Origin: Bacteroidales bacterium
GTDB taxonomy: Bacteria; Bacteroidota; Bacteroidia; Bacteroidales; F082
Assembly: GCA_045639025.1 (NCBI GenBank)
Contig: JAZUCH010000005.1
Location: 2,806 to 66,805 of the forward strand
Length of the DNA stretch: 64,000 nucleotides
Direction of reading: 5' to 3'
The notes beneath the pieces are model-generated. The model was not told the DNA's origin and did not search any database. It worked only from the letters and a program-made list of their open reading frames with translations. The stretch's first letter is position 1; the number at the start of each line of letters is the position of its first letter. The position numbers and the translations under genes are program-made. Shown here piece after piece: positions 44,765 to 53,044 of the stretch.

Positions 44765-46360
44765 ATGAAGAGATTTTTTGCAAATATAACATACTTAATA
44801 TTGATAATCACAACATTGAATATCATTTCATGTAGTGATATATCAAAGTCGTATTGTGAAGAAATACTTAATTATTCTTTCACAGAAAATGACACATTAA
44901 TTGAGAATAAGATATCTCTAGCAAAAAAATGCTCTGAAAAATATCACAAAAAGCCAGAATATCTTCAAAAAATATCACAAATTTACTATTCAAATGCTAT
45001 TACAGACTATTCTTATGAAGATTTAATTTCATCTGCAAAAAAACTATTCCTCTCCCTCGATTATATAAATGAGTATTTCGCAAAGATTGAAACCATAAAA
45101 TCATTCGACTATCAGTTCAGAGGCGAGATTTATGAAAGAATCGCTGACATATACAAAGACATCAATTCATTGAAACCTGCAGCAGAACTTTATGACAAAG
45201 CTCTAGCTGATTACGAATCTTCAGGAAACAAAGAAAAAGTCTTGAACACTCTTATCAAAACAGGCAAACTTTATCAATACAATCATATTCCTAATATTGC
45301 AATGATTTATTTTGAAATAGCAGAGGAATATGAAGAAATACCTTTAAATATATATAGAAAAATTATCGACAATAAAATTGTAACACTATATGAATTAAAT
45401 GATTACAAAAATGCAGATTCTATTTTTCAAAATCATTTCAACATAAAGATTCAAGACTACGATTTTCATTCCGCAATAGGAACAAAATACTTCTATGAGA
45501 GAAATTACGACAAAGCTCTACCCCACCTTTTATATTGTTTCGAAAACGGCAACCAACAGGAAAAGCTTTCCACTTCAGAAAAACTTGCTGAAGCTTATTT
45601 CAATATGAATGACCATGACAATGAAATGTTCTACATACAACATCAAGCAAAAAACAACTCCATTGAAATCAGAAGAACACCTCTGAAATTAGATTTGGAA
45701 AAACTTTTCGATACACATTATAATAACATCAACAATCAGAATAAAAAAGAATCCAATAATTCAAACATTGTAATTCTCATTGTTTTTGCTTTAGCAATCG
45801 TTTTCTTCATCATTCTTTATATTCAAAACAAGAAAAAATACCAGGAAAGAATTAGAAAAGCTGAAGAAACAATCAACGACAATCACGTAAAGATTCAAAG
45901 CAAAGACAAAATCATAGACAACATCTATAAAAAGATAGAAGATTTAGAATCTACCAAAAACAATGTCAACTTTGAAGAAGCATACCAGACATTCTGTGCG
46001 AGTCTCATTTACAAAAAAATCAAGACTCTTATGGAAGGTAGAATTATTCTTATTAAAAATATTCAAGAGCATTCCAAACTAGCGCTTTCAAACAACGATA
46101 TCATTTCGTTGGTAAAAACCTTCAACAAGCATTTTCCAAATACATTCTCTTCTCTGAAGAAAGATTACGAAGGAATAACAAGTGGCGACACTAAATTCTT
46201 CATACTAAGCTTTATGAATTTCAATGACATTGAAATTGCAGTCCTCTTAGGATTGACATATAGCGCTTCAAATAAAAGAAGCAAAAAAATCAAAGATATT
46301 TTTAACATTAAAAGCGATTTAAGCGACTTTGTTGTACAATATACAAAATCGAAATTTTAG
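44765..46360 (+). CDS. Membrane-anchored TPR-like protein with a C-terminal HTH-like domain (putative transmembrane regulator)
   Basis: Lipobox-like signal MKRFFANITYLILIITTLNIISC, then a helical-repeat N-terminal half and one TM segment (IVILIVFALAIVFFIILYI) followed by a coiled coil. The C-terminal segment GDTKFFILSFMNFNDIEIAVLLGLTYSASNKRSKKIKDIF resembles LuxR/sigma-region-4-type HTH tails of Bacteroidetes regulators. The family name was not verified. Confidence 0.5.
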   Translation: MKRFFANITYLILIITTLNIISCSDISKSYCEEILNYSFTENDTLIENKISLAKKCSEKYHKKPEYLQKISQIYYSNAITDYSYEDLISSAKKLFLSLDYINEYFAKIETIKSFDYQFRGEIYERIADIYKDINSLKPAAELYDKALADYESSGNKEKVLNTLIKTGKLYQYNHIPNIAMIYFEIAEEYEEIPLNIYRKIIDNKIVTLYELNDYKNADSIFQNHFNIKIQDYDFHSAIGTKYFYERNYDKALPHLLYCFENGNQQEKLSTSEKLAEAYFNMNDHDNEMFYIQHQAKNNSIEIRRTPLKLDLEKLFDTHYNNINNQNKKESNNSNIVILIVFALAIVFFIILYIQNKKKYQERIRKAEETINDNHVKIQSKDKIIDNIYKKIEDLESTKNNVNFEEAYQTFCASLIYKKIKTLMEGRIILIKNIQEHSKLALSNNDIISLVKTFNKHFPNTFSSLKKDYEGITSGDTKFFILSFMNFNDIEIAVLLGLTYSASNKRSKKIKDIFNIKSDLSDFVVQYTKSKF

Positions 46361-46467
46361 AGAAACTTTTTCAATATCGCAATATAAAACAACAACTTAC
46401 AAAAATTACGTAAATAAATTTCTATAATTTAAACGTTAAAATTTATTGACATAATTCAAAGTATAAG

Positions 46468-46475
46468 TATCTTTG
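46468..46475 (+). promoter_or_regulatory. -7 promoter box (TATCTTTG)
   Basis: The box lies 24 bp upstream of ATG 46499. Confidence 0.5.
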
Positions 46476-46498
46476 CAATCAAAATAAATTTTAACAAA

Positions 46499-47983
46499 AT
46501 GAAAAGAATTTTAACATTAGTTTTTGCGTGTTTATTTGCAACACAAATCATAGCTCAAGAAAAAAATATCAACGCTTTTATTTCTTACGGTACATTTAAT
46601 ATCATAGGTGAAGAATCAACACCTTATTTAGAAACCTACATCACATTCGACTGTAACAGTTTGGTTTATGTAAAAAATGCAGACCAGTATCAAGCTGCAA
46701 TAAATTTGACAGTCATATTTAAACAAGGTGAGTCAATCAAAAATTACGACAAATATTCTGTAAACAGTCCAATAGTCAACGACACTACAAATTTAAGCGG
46801 TTTCTTCATGGATGTTCAACGCTATTCATTAGCAAACGGAGAATATCAAATGGAGATAACAATTGAAGATGCTAACAACAAAAACGAAAATCCATTAAAA
46901 GTTTCAGAAACTATCGTAATAGATTACCCTGAAAATATCTGTTTTTCAAGCATCATCGCTCTTGAAGACTACAGACCAGCTACAGAAGTCACAGCTAACA
47001 CCAAAAATGGATATGACATCATCCCTATGATTATGCCTTATTATCCTGAATCAATTAACAGACTTACATTCTATGCTGAAATTTACAACACAAAGAAATT
47101 TTTAGGGGAAAACGAGAAATATCTTCTCAACACTTACTTGAAAACTTTTGAAAGCAACACAAGAATAGACAATTATTTCTTCACAAAAAGAATGAATGTT
47201 AAAGATACTGAAGTTGTTATCAATACTATGGATATCAGCAATCTTCCAACAGGAAACTACTATTTGGTTCTTGAAGCACGCAACAGAAATAATGAAATAA
47301 TCGGTTACAACCAATTCTTCTTCCAAAGAAGCAATTCAAATTATCAAATTGACAATAGCGCTCTAGCTTCTATCGACCCTGCAAAAGTCTTCTCAGGAAA
47401 CATCAACAACATTGATACAATTAGAGAATATATCAGAACATTAGTGCCTATTTCTTCACAAATTGAAATAGAATACGCAAACAACTTAATCAAGAGCAAC
47501 GACTTAACAACAATGCAACAATATTTCTACAGTTTCTGGTCAAGCCGCAATGCATTATCACCACAAATAGAATGGGAGAAATACTTCACACAAGTGAAAC
47601 GTGTAAACGCTTCATTCACAGCTGTTAAATTAAAAGGCTACCAAACAGACAGAGGTCGTATATTCTTGAAATATGGAGCACCTGACAGAATAGTTCAAAA
47701 CCATAATGAAGCAGGCGCTTATCCTTACGAAATATGGCATTACTACACATTAGCCAACCAAAGAAACAAGAAGTTTGTCTTCATGAGTAAAGACGTAGTA
47801 ACCAATGATTTCCAACTCATCCACTCAGATGCTATCGGTGAACTTAACAACTCTCGCTGGACTAACGAAATCTACTCAAGAACATATAGCACATACGAAG
47901 AGTTCTATAATTCAGACGAAAGTGTTAACCCAGACTTCTACTACGGAGACGACGCTAAAGATTATTACGATAATCCAAGATAA
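46499..47983 (+). CDS. GWxTD domain-containing secreted protein
   Basis: Signal peptide MKRILTLVFACLFATQIIAQ. The C-terminal motif is KGYQTDRGRIFLKYGAPDRIVQNHNEAGAYPYEIWHY (the GWxTD family signature with Y in place of W). Confidence 0.7.
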   Translation: MKRILTLVFACLFATQIIAQEKNINAFISYGTFNIIGEESTPYLETYITFDCNSLVYVKNADQYQAAINLTVIFKQGESIKNYDKYSVNSPIVNDTTNLSGFFMDVQRYSLANGEYQMEITIEDANNKNENPLKVSETIVIDYPENICFSSIIALEDYRPATEVTANTKNGYDIIPMIMPYYPESINRLTFYAEIYNTKKFLGENEKYLLNTYLKTFESNTRIDNYFFTKRMNVKDTEVVINTMDISNLPTGNYYLVLEARNRNNEIIGYNQFFFQRSNSNYQIDNSALASIDPAKVFSGNINNIDTIREYIRTLVPISSQIEIEYANNLIKSNDLTTMQQYFYSFWSSRNALSPQIEWEKYFTQVKRVNASFTAVKLKGYQTDRGRIFLKYGAPDRIVQNHNEAGAYPYEIWHYYTLANQRNKKFVFMSKDVVTNDFQLIHSDAIGELNNSRWTNEIYSRTYSTYEEFYNSDESVNPDFYYGDDAKDYYDNPR

Positions 47984-48060
47984 AAAAAAGAAATTCTTAA
48001 CATACCACATATTTTATCTTATACCTCATGAGGCTCTCAGAAATGGGAGCCTTTTTTTTT

Positions 48061-48148
48061 AGTTGGAAACTGAAAATTGAAAACTGAAAATTACTTTCCA
48101 TTTTCAACTTAAAAAAACTGTTGTCTGTTGTCTGTTGTCTGTTGACTT
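48061..48148. repeat. Heptamer stutter arrays: (GAAAAYT)n with an inverted partner, then (TTGTCTG)3 abutting the GT2 promoter
   Basis: agttggaaactgaaaattgaaaactgaaaattactttccattttcaactt ... ttgtctgttgtctgttgtctgttgac. Confidence 0.8.
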
Positions 48149-48152
48149 TTAC

Positions 48153-48160
48153 TATATTTG
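48153..48160 (+). promoter_or_regulatory. -7 promoter box (TATATTTG) for the GT2 gene
   Basis: The box lies 6 bp upstream of ATG 48166, which supports 48166 over the TTG at 48121 as the start. Confidence 0.5.
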
Positions 48161-48165
48161 CAAAC

Positions 48166-49185
48166 ATGAAAAAGGTTGCAATAGTAATATTAAATTATAA
48201 CGGCAGAAAATTCTTAGAGGCATTTCTTCCTAATGTCATCGAGAATAGTTCTGGCATAGCTGATATTATTGTTGCCGACAACAAATCCACTGATGACTCG
48301 GTGGAATTCATGAGAAACAACTTCCCTGATATAAAACTGATTCTTAACGACTTCAACGGAGGTTTCGCTACAGGATACAATATCGCCTTGCGGCAAGTTG
48401 AAGCAGATTATTATGTATTGTTAAATTCAGACATTGAGGTTACATCAAATTGGATTGAACCAGTCATCGAATTGATGGAAAGCGATGAATGCATAGCAGC
48501 TTGTCAACCGAAAATATTATCATACCACGACAAAACAAAATTCGAATACGCCGGAGCTGCTGGCGGTTATATCGATAAATACGGCTACCCATTCTGCCGC
48601 GGAAGAGTGTTCCAACACCTTGAAACCGATAACGGGCAATATAATGACGTAAAAGAAATATTCTGGGCAACAGGAGCCTGCATGTTTGTAAGAGCATCTC
48701 TATATCACGAACTCGGAGGTTTAGACGATGACTTCTTCGCCCACATGGAAGAAATAGATTTGTGCTGGAGACTGAAAAACGCCGGATATAAAATAATGTA
48801 CTGCCCTGACTCAAAGATATATCATATTGGTGGAGGCACATTACCAAAGTCATCTGCGAGAAAGACTTACCTCAATTTCAGAAACAACCTTTCCTTATTG
48901 ATGAAAAACCTTCCAAAAGGGAAAGTCTTCGGAACCATATTCTACCGATTTTTCTTAGATTGGGTCGCTGCATTTAAATTCCTCTGCGATGGCAGCTTCG
49001 CCGACTTCTTCGCTGTGACACGCGCACACTTCAGTTTCTTGAGACATCTCCCTTACTTAAAAAAGAAAAGGAGAAAACTCACTCAAAACAAAGTGTCACA
49101 AATTTATCAGAAAAATATCGTTTTCAAGCACTTCTTAGAGAAGAAGAAATTATACAGCGAATTGGAAGAGAAAGATTTCTCGTAA
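48166..49185 (+). CDS. Family 2 glycosyltransferase
   Basis: MKKVAIVILNYNGRKFLEAFLPNV....IIVADNKSTDDSVEFM ... YVLLNSDIEV ... the DxD-like MEEIDLCWR motif. This is a typical GT2 (rhamnosyltransferase-like) layout. Confidence 0.85.
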   Translation: MKKVAIVILNYNGRKFLEAFLPNVIENSSGIADIIVADNKSTDDSVEFMRNNFPDIKLILNDFNGGFATGYNIALRQVEADYYVLLNSDIEVTSNWIEPVIELMESDECIAACQPKILSYHDKTKFEYAGAAGGYIDKYGYPFCRGRVFQHLETDNGQYNDVKEIFWATGACMFVRASLYHELGGLDDDFFAHMEEIDLCWRLKNAGYKIMYCPDSKIYHIGGGTLPKSSARKTYLNFRNNLSLLMKNLPKGKVFGTIFYRFFLDWVAAFKFLCDGSFADFFAVTRAHFSFLRHLPYLKKKRRKLTQNKVSQIYQKNIVFKHFLEKKKLYSELEEKDFS

Positions 49186-49208
49186 AAATGCGCTACTTCC
49201 ATCCCTTT

Positions 49209-49382
49209 GCGTTAGGGATTGGAGCGGCATCCTTTGCGAGCGATTTAGGGGACGAGATTCGGGAACGGGAACGAGGTCACTGAGCCTGTCGAAGTGTCGA
49301 GTTCCGATTTTGAGAAGCGAGATGGAAACATGGCGAGCAAAGATATAGCGGAAAGCCCGACGCGAAGCGGAACGCCCAAAAG
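49209..49382 (+). repeat. Dispersed structured repeat, copy B
   Basis: It shares the 33-nt and 29-nt arms and the gaagcggaacgcccaaa tail with copy A at 3180-3321. The core differs (gatttaggggacgagattcgggaacgggaacgaggtcactgagcctgtcgaagtgtcgagttccgattttgagaagcgagatggaaacatg). Confidence 0.8.
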
Positions 49383-49450
49383 AAAGACCACAAGACTACA
49401 AGAAAATTTGAACGTTAGATGTCAGTGTCTGAGTTCAAAGTTTAGGGTTC

Positions 49451-49876
49451 TTAGTTCTTAGTTCCAACCAAATAAAGGACCGCTTCCTCGTAGCCTTTTA
49501 ATCCCTTGCCTACTATAGATTTCACAGAAGCTTCCGCTGTATATGAATGATGACGATATTCTTCTCGTGAATAAATGTCACTGATATGAACTTCAACGAC
49601 TGGAGTTTCTATAGAACGAATCGCGTCAGCCAAAGCGATAGAAGTGTGACAATAAGCACCAGGATTGAAGACGACGCCATCGTAATTATCCCAAGCCTCG
49701 TGTAATTTATCAATCAAAACACCTTCATGATTAGATTGAAAATAATCTAACTGATGCCCTGGAAAATTATTTTTCATTTTTTCAACAAAATCAACAAGCG
49801 ATTCCGTTCCATAAATTTCTGGTTCTCTTCTACCTATGAGATTCAAGTTAGGACCATTTAATATTAAAATCTTCAT
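49451..49876 (-). CDS. aroQ: Type II 3-dehydroquinate dehydratase
   Basis: 141 aa from MKILILNGPNLNLIGRREPEIYG ... FQSNHEG.LID ... GVVFNPGAYCHTSIALADAI ... VEVHISDIYSREEYRHHSY. The ORF-track extension to 50074 is rejected. A TAAGTTTG -7 box lies at 49894-49901. Confidence 0.92.
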   Translation of the reverse strand: MKILILNGPNLNLIGRREPEIYGTESLVDFVEKMKNNFPGHQLDYFQSNHEGVLIDKLHEAWDNYDGVVFNPGAYCHTSIALADAIRSIETPVVEVHISDIYSREEYRHHSYTAEASVKSIVGKGLKGYEEAVLYLVGTKN

Positions 49877-49914
49877 CGTCTTATTTTTTCTTGCAAACTT
49901 AAAAAAAAATATAA

Positions 49915-49922
49915 TATCTTTG
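49915..49922 (+). promoter_or_regulatory. -7 promoter box (TATCTTTG) driving the TPP riboswitch leader
   Basis: The box lies immediately upstream of the riboswitch 5' end. Confidence 0.55.
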
Positions 49923-49929
49923 CTATGAC

Positions 49930-50035
49930 TTTCAATAGGGGTGCCTTTTTTACGAGAGTAAAATGAAATACAGGCTGAGATCACACCCTCTGAACCGGAT
50001 ACGGATAATGCCGAGACCGGGAAATGAGACACATC
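49930..50035 (+). ncRNA. TPP (THI-box) riboswitch
   Basis: aataGGGGTGCc...caGGCTGAGAtcacACCCtctGAACCgGATacGGATAATGCCgagaccGGGAAatgag contains the conserved GGGGUGC, GCUGAGA, ACCC and GAACC.GAU..GGAUAAUGCC...GGGAA elements in the canonical order. It lies in the 5' leader of a TonB-dependent receptor. Confidence 0.85.
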
Positions 50036-50089
50036 AAAAACTTCCTCTATTGATTTAATTAAATTTATCAACAATTAAATCAATTGGTT

Positions 50090-52510
50090 ATGTTCAAAAC
50101 ATTAAAAACTTTAGTCTTAGTTGCAGTCATGATGCCACTGCAATTATTTGCACAATTCATTTTAAGCGGAAATGTGATAGACAAAGAGAACCACGAAGCT
50201 TTAATCGGCGCACACATCTCTTTAAAAGAATTAAACCTTATGACCGTAAGCGACGAGTTCGGCAACTTCAATTTTAAGAACATCAATAAAGGAACTTACA
50301 CATTAGAAGCTTCTTATGTAGGATTCAAGATTTATGAAACTTCAGTCAATATCAACAAAGACAGTATGATAAAAATCGCAATGACATCAGATTCCATGAT
50401 GGAAGACGAAATTATTGTGACAGCATCGCGTGTTGGAGAGAAGACGCCTCTCACCTATTCGGAGATAAATTCTAAAGAACTAATAAAGAGCAATCAAGGT
50501 GCAGACTTACCATTTCTTTTACAAAACACACCTTCCGTCATCGTGACTTCAGATGCGGGTGCCGGCGTGGGTTATACGAGCATGAGAGTTCGTGGCAGCG
50601 ACCTCACAAGAATCAACGTCACTTTGAACGGGGTTCCTATCAACGATGCAGAATCGAGTCTGGTTTATTTCGTCGACCTTCCTGACTTAGCATCATCAGT
50701 TGATAACATACAGATTCAGAGAGGTGTGGGAAATTCAAGTAACGGCGCAGCAGCATTCGGCGCTTCTATCAACATAAAAACCGACGAACAAACAACAGAG
50801 CCTTTCGCTAGATGGAGCAGTTCTGTTGGTTCGTTCAACACATTCAAAAACACATTGAATTTTTCTACAGGAAGAAACAGCAACGGCTTTAATTTCAACG
50901 GAAGAATAAGCAAGATAAATTCCGAAGGTTATATCGACAGAGCTTATTCCGACTTATTCTCATACCAACTCTCTGCTTCATGGTCGGATGATAATGATTT
51001 CCTTAAATTCATGATTATGAACGGTAAAGAACAGACCTATCAAGCTTGGAACGGAACACCTAAAGACAGCCTTGCCACAAATCCTACATTCAATCCTGCA
51101 GGAATAATGTACGACAAAGACGGCAATTTCATCGGTTATTACGAAAACGAAATAGACAAATATAACCAGACTTATTACCAATTGCACTATGCTCATAGCT
51201 TCAATCAAAATCTAATTTTAACAGCATCAGCATTTTTGACAACAGGAAAAGGTTATTACGAAAATTATAAAAACGACAAGAAACTTTCCAGTTATGGATT
51301 AGAACCTTTGATTATCGGCGACACTATAATTCAACGACTTAACTTGATACAACAGAAATGGTTAGACAACAAATTCTATGGCATCAACATAAACTTAAAT
51401 CAAAAAGTAGGAAGATTTGACATTAATTATGGTGGCAGTTGGAACAAATACGACGGCAATCATTATGGAATCATCAACTGGGCTGAATACGCTGTTCCTT
51501 TGAATTACAGATGGTACGAAAACAAAGGAAAGAAACAATATTACAACATCTATGTCTCAAGCAATTACGAGTTAAATTCATATCTCAATTTATTTGCGGA
51601 GATACAATATAGACATATCAATTACGATTTAAAAGGCATTCATGATGATTTGAACGACATCACGCAAAACCATATCTTCAATTTCTGGAATCCTAAAGGC
51701 GGCGTTTTTTACACCATAAATGAAAACAACTCAGCATATTTTTCAGTGGCATATTCCAACAGAGAACCCAATCGCGACATTTATACTGATGCCGACGAGA
51801 TTCAGAGAGAACGTATAACACACGAGAAACTCATTGATTACGAATTAGGCTATTCTTATAGAAATAGAAAAATAGCTTTGAGCACCAACCTTTTCTATAT
51901 GGATTACAGAGACCAATTAGTTTTGACTGGCGAGATTAACAATGTTGGAGCGACTATTATGACAAATGTCGATAAAAGCTACAGATTCGGTCTGGAGGGA
52001 AGCCTTGCTTATCAACCAAATAAATATTTTACATTAGATTTCAATTTCGCTTTAAGTCAAAATAAAATTTTGAATTTCGTTGATTTTGTTGAGAATTACG
52101 ATGCTGACTGGAATTATTTAGGACAAATAGAGAACAATCTTGGTACAACCGACATTTCATTCTCACCAGATGTTATTTCAGGTTTGAATCTGAAAGTAAC
52201 TCCAATAAAATATTTAGACATCGTATTTCAGGAGAAATATGTTGGAAGACAATACATTGACAACACCTCCACCCTTTCAAGAAGTCTAGACCCATATTTT
52301 ACAAGTAATGTTAATATTAATTATGAATGGAAGCAGTCATTGTTTAAGACATTGAATTTCAATCTTTCGATAAACAATATCTTCAACAACAAATATTGCA
52401 GCAATGCTTGGGTTTACAAGGCACTTGTAGGCGGAACGGAATATATTGAAGACGGATATTTCCCACAAGCCGGAATTAACTTTATGTTTGGAGTTATTGT
52501 GGAGATGTGA
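50090..52510 (+). CDS. TonB-dependent outer membrane receptor, probably for thiamine or a thiamine precursor (TPP-riboswitch controlled)
   Basis: Signal peptide MFKTLKTLVLVAVMMPLQLFAQ, a carboxypeptidase-regulatory-like domain (GNVIDKENHEALIGAHISL), a plug domain (IVTASRVGEKTPLTYSEI...GVGYTSMRVRG) and a beta-barrel with an aromatic-rich C-terminus (GINFMFGVIVEM). The ATG at 50090 is preferred over the TTG at 50084. Confidence 0.85.
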   Translation: MFKTLKTLVLVAVMMPLQLFAQFILSGNVIDKENHEALIGAHISLKELNLMTVSDEFGNFNFKNINKGTYTLEASYVGFKIYETSVNINKDSMIKIAMTSDSMMEDEIIVTASRVGEKTPLTYSEINSKELIKSNQGADLPFLLQNTPSVIVTSDAGAGVGYTSMRVRGSDLTRINVTLNGVPINDAESSLVYFVDLPDLASSVDNIQIQRGVGNSSNGAAAFGASINIKTDEQTTEPFARWSSSVGSFNTFKNTLNFSTGRNSNGFNFNGRISKINSEGYIDRAYSDLFSYQLSASWSDDNDFLKFMIMNGKEQTYQAWNGTPKDSLATNPTFNPAGIMYDKDGNFIGYYENEIDKYNQTYYQLHYAHSFNQNLILTASAFLTTGKGYYENYKNDKKLSSYGLEPLIIGDTIIQRLNLIQQKWLDNKFYGININLNQKVGRFDINYGGSWNKYDGNHYGIINWAEYAVPLNYRWYENKGKKQYYNIYVSSNYELNSYLNLFAEIQYRHINYDLKGIHDDLNDITQNHIFNFWNPKGGVFYTINENNSAYFSVAYSNREPNRDIYTDADEIQRERITHEKLIDYELGYSYRNRKIALSTNLFYMDYRDQLVLTGEINNVGATIMTNVDKSYRFGLEGSLAYQPNKYFTLDFNFALSQNKILNFVDFVENYDADWNYLGQIENNLGTTDISFSPDVISGLNLKVTPIKYLDIVFQEKYVGRQYIDNTSTLSRSLDPYFTSNVNINYEWKQSLFKTLNFNLSINNIFNNKYCSNAWVYKALVGGTEYIEDGYFPQAGINFMFGVIVEM

Positions 52511-52546
52511 TTTTATATAAAAAAACCAAACTACTTATCACTATAA

Positions 52547-52584
52547 AAAAGACGTCACTAACAATGATATGAAGTGACGTCTTA
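52547..52584. terminator. Bidirectional terminator hairpin
   Basis: Stem aaagacgtcact ... agtgacgtctt flanked by A/T runs, between convergent genes. Confidence 0.75.
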
Positions 52585-52602
52585 ACTATTATTTCAAATT
52601 TC

Positions 52603-52992
52603 TCATTTAACATTTGAAGAAACTTCTCCGTCCCAAGTCAGGATTCCGCCTTCTAATTCAACAACTTTGAAGCCAGCTGCTGACAGTTTCTCTGCAGCCT
52701 CTCTGCTCTGACGGCCGCCACGGCAATAAACCGCCACGGTATTATCCTTATCAAGCATCTCAATCTGCGACAAGAAATCTGGTGACTCAAGAGCTATATT
52801 TACTGCACCTGGAATATGACCTTCAGAATATAAGTCATTAGCTCTCACGTCTATCAACTGAACATCAGGTTTTTCAATTTCAACCTTAAATTGTTTAGCG
52901 TCAACTGTTTTAATTTCGTTTTTGTTAGTACAAGCCGTCATAAGGCTTATTGCAATTGTCATTAAAAATAATTTAGTTTTCATATAGTTCAT
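52603..52992 (-). CDS. Rhodanese-like domain lipoprotein
   Basis: Lipobox LMTAC. The rhodanese core is VQLIDVRANDLYSEGHIPGAVNI ... VAVYCRGGRQSREAAEKLSAAGFKVVELEGGILTW, with an active-site Cys loop CRGGRQS. Confidence 0.85.
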   Translation of the reverse strand: MNYMKTKLFLMTIAISLMTACTNKNEIKTVDAKQFKVEIEKPDVQLIDVRANDLYSEGHIPGAVNIALESPDFLSQIEMLDKDNTVAVYCRGGRQSREAAEKLSAAGFKVVELEGGILTWDGEVSSNVK

Positions 52993-53044
52993 ATTTTAGA
53001 TTAGTTTTACAAAGATACTATTTTTTTAAAAAAGCACTTCGCTT

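Noticed and set aside
44507-44826. ORFs 44507-44695 and 44626-44826 (minus strand)
   Set aside because: They are translations across tRNA-Ser(TGA) copy 2 and its promoter. The tRNA call fully explains this DNA.
49877-50074. N-terminal 66 codons of the 207-aa ORF-track model for aroQ, and the 68-aa ORF 50080-50286
   Set aside because: The AroQ family starts at MKILILNGPNLN (ATG 49876) and has its own -7 box. The upstream extension is the antisense of the TPP riboswitch, and 50080-50286 is antisense to the receptor gene.
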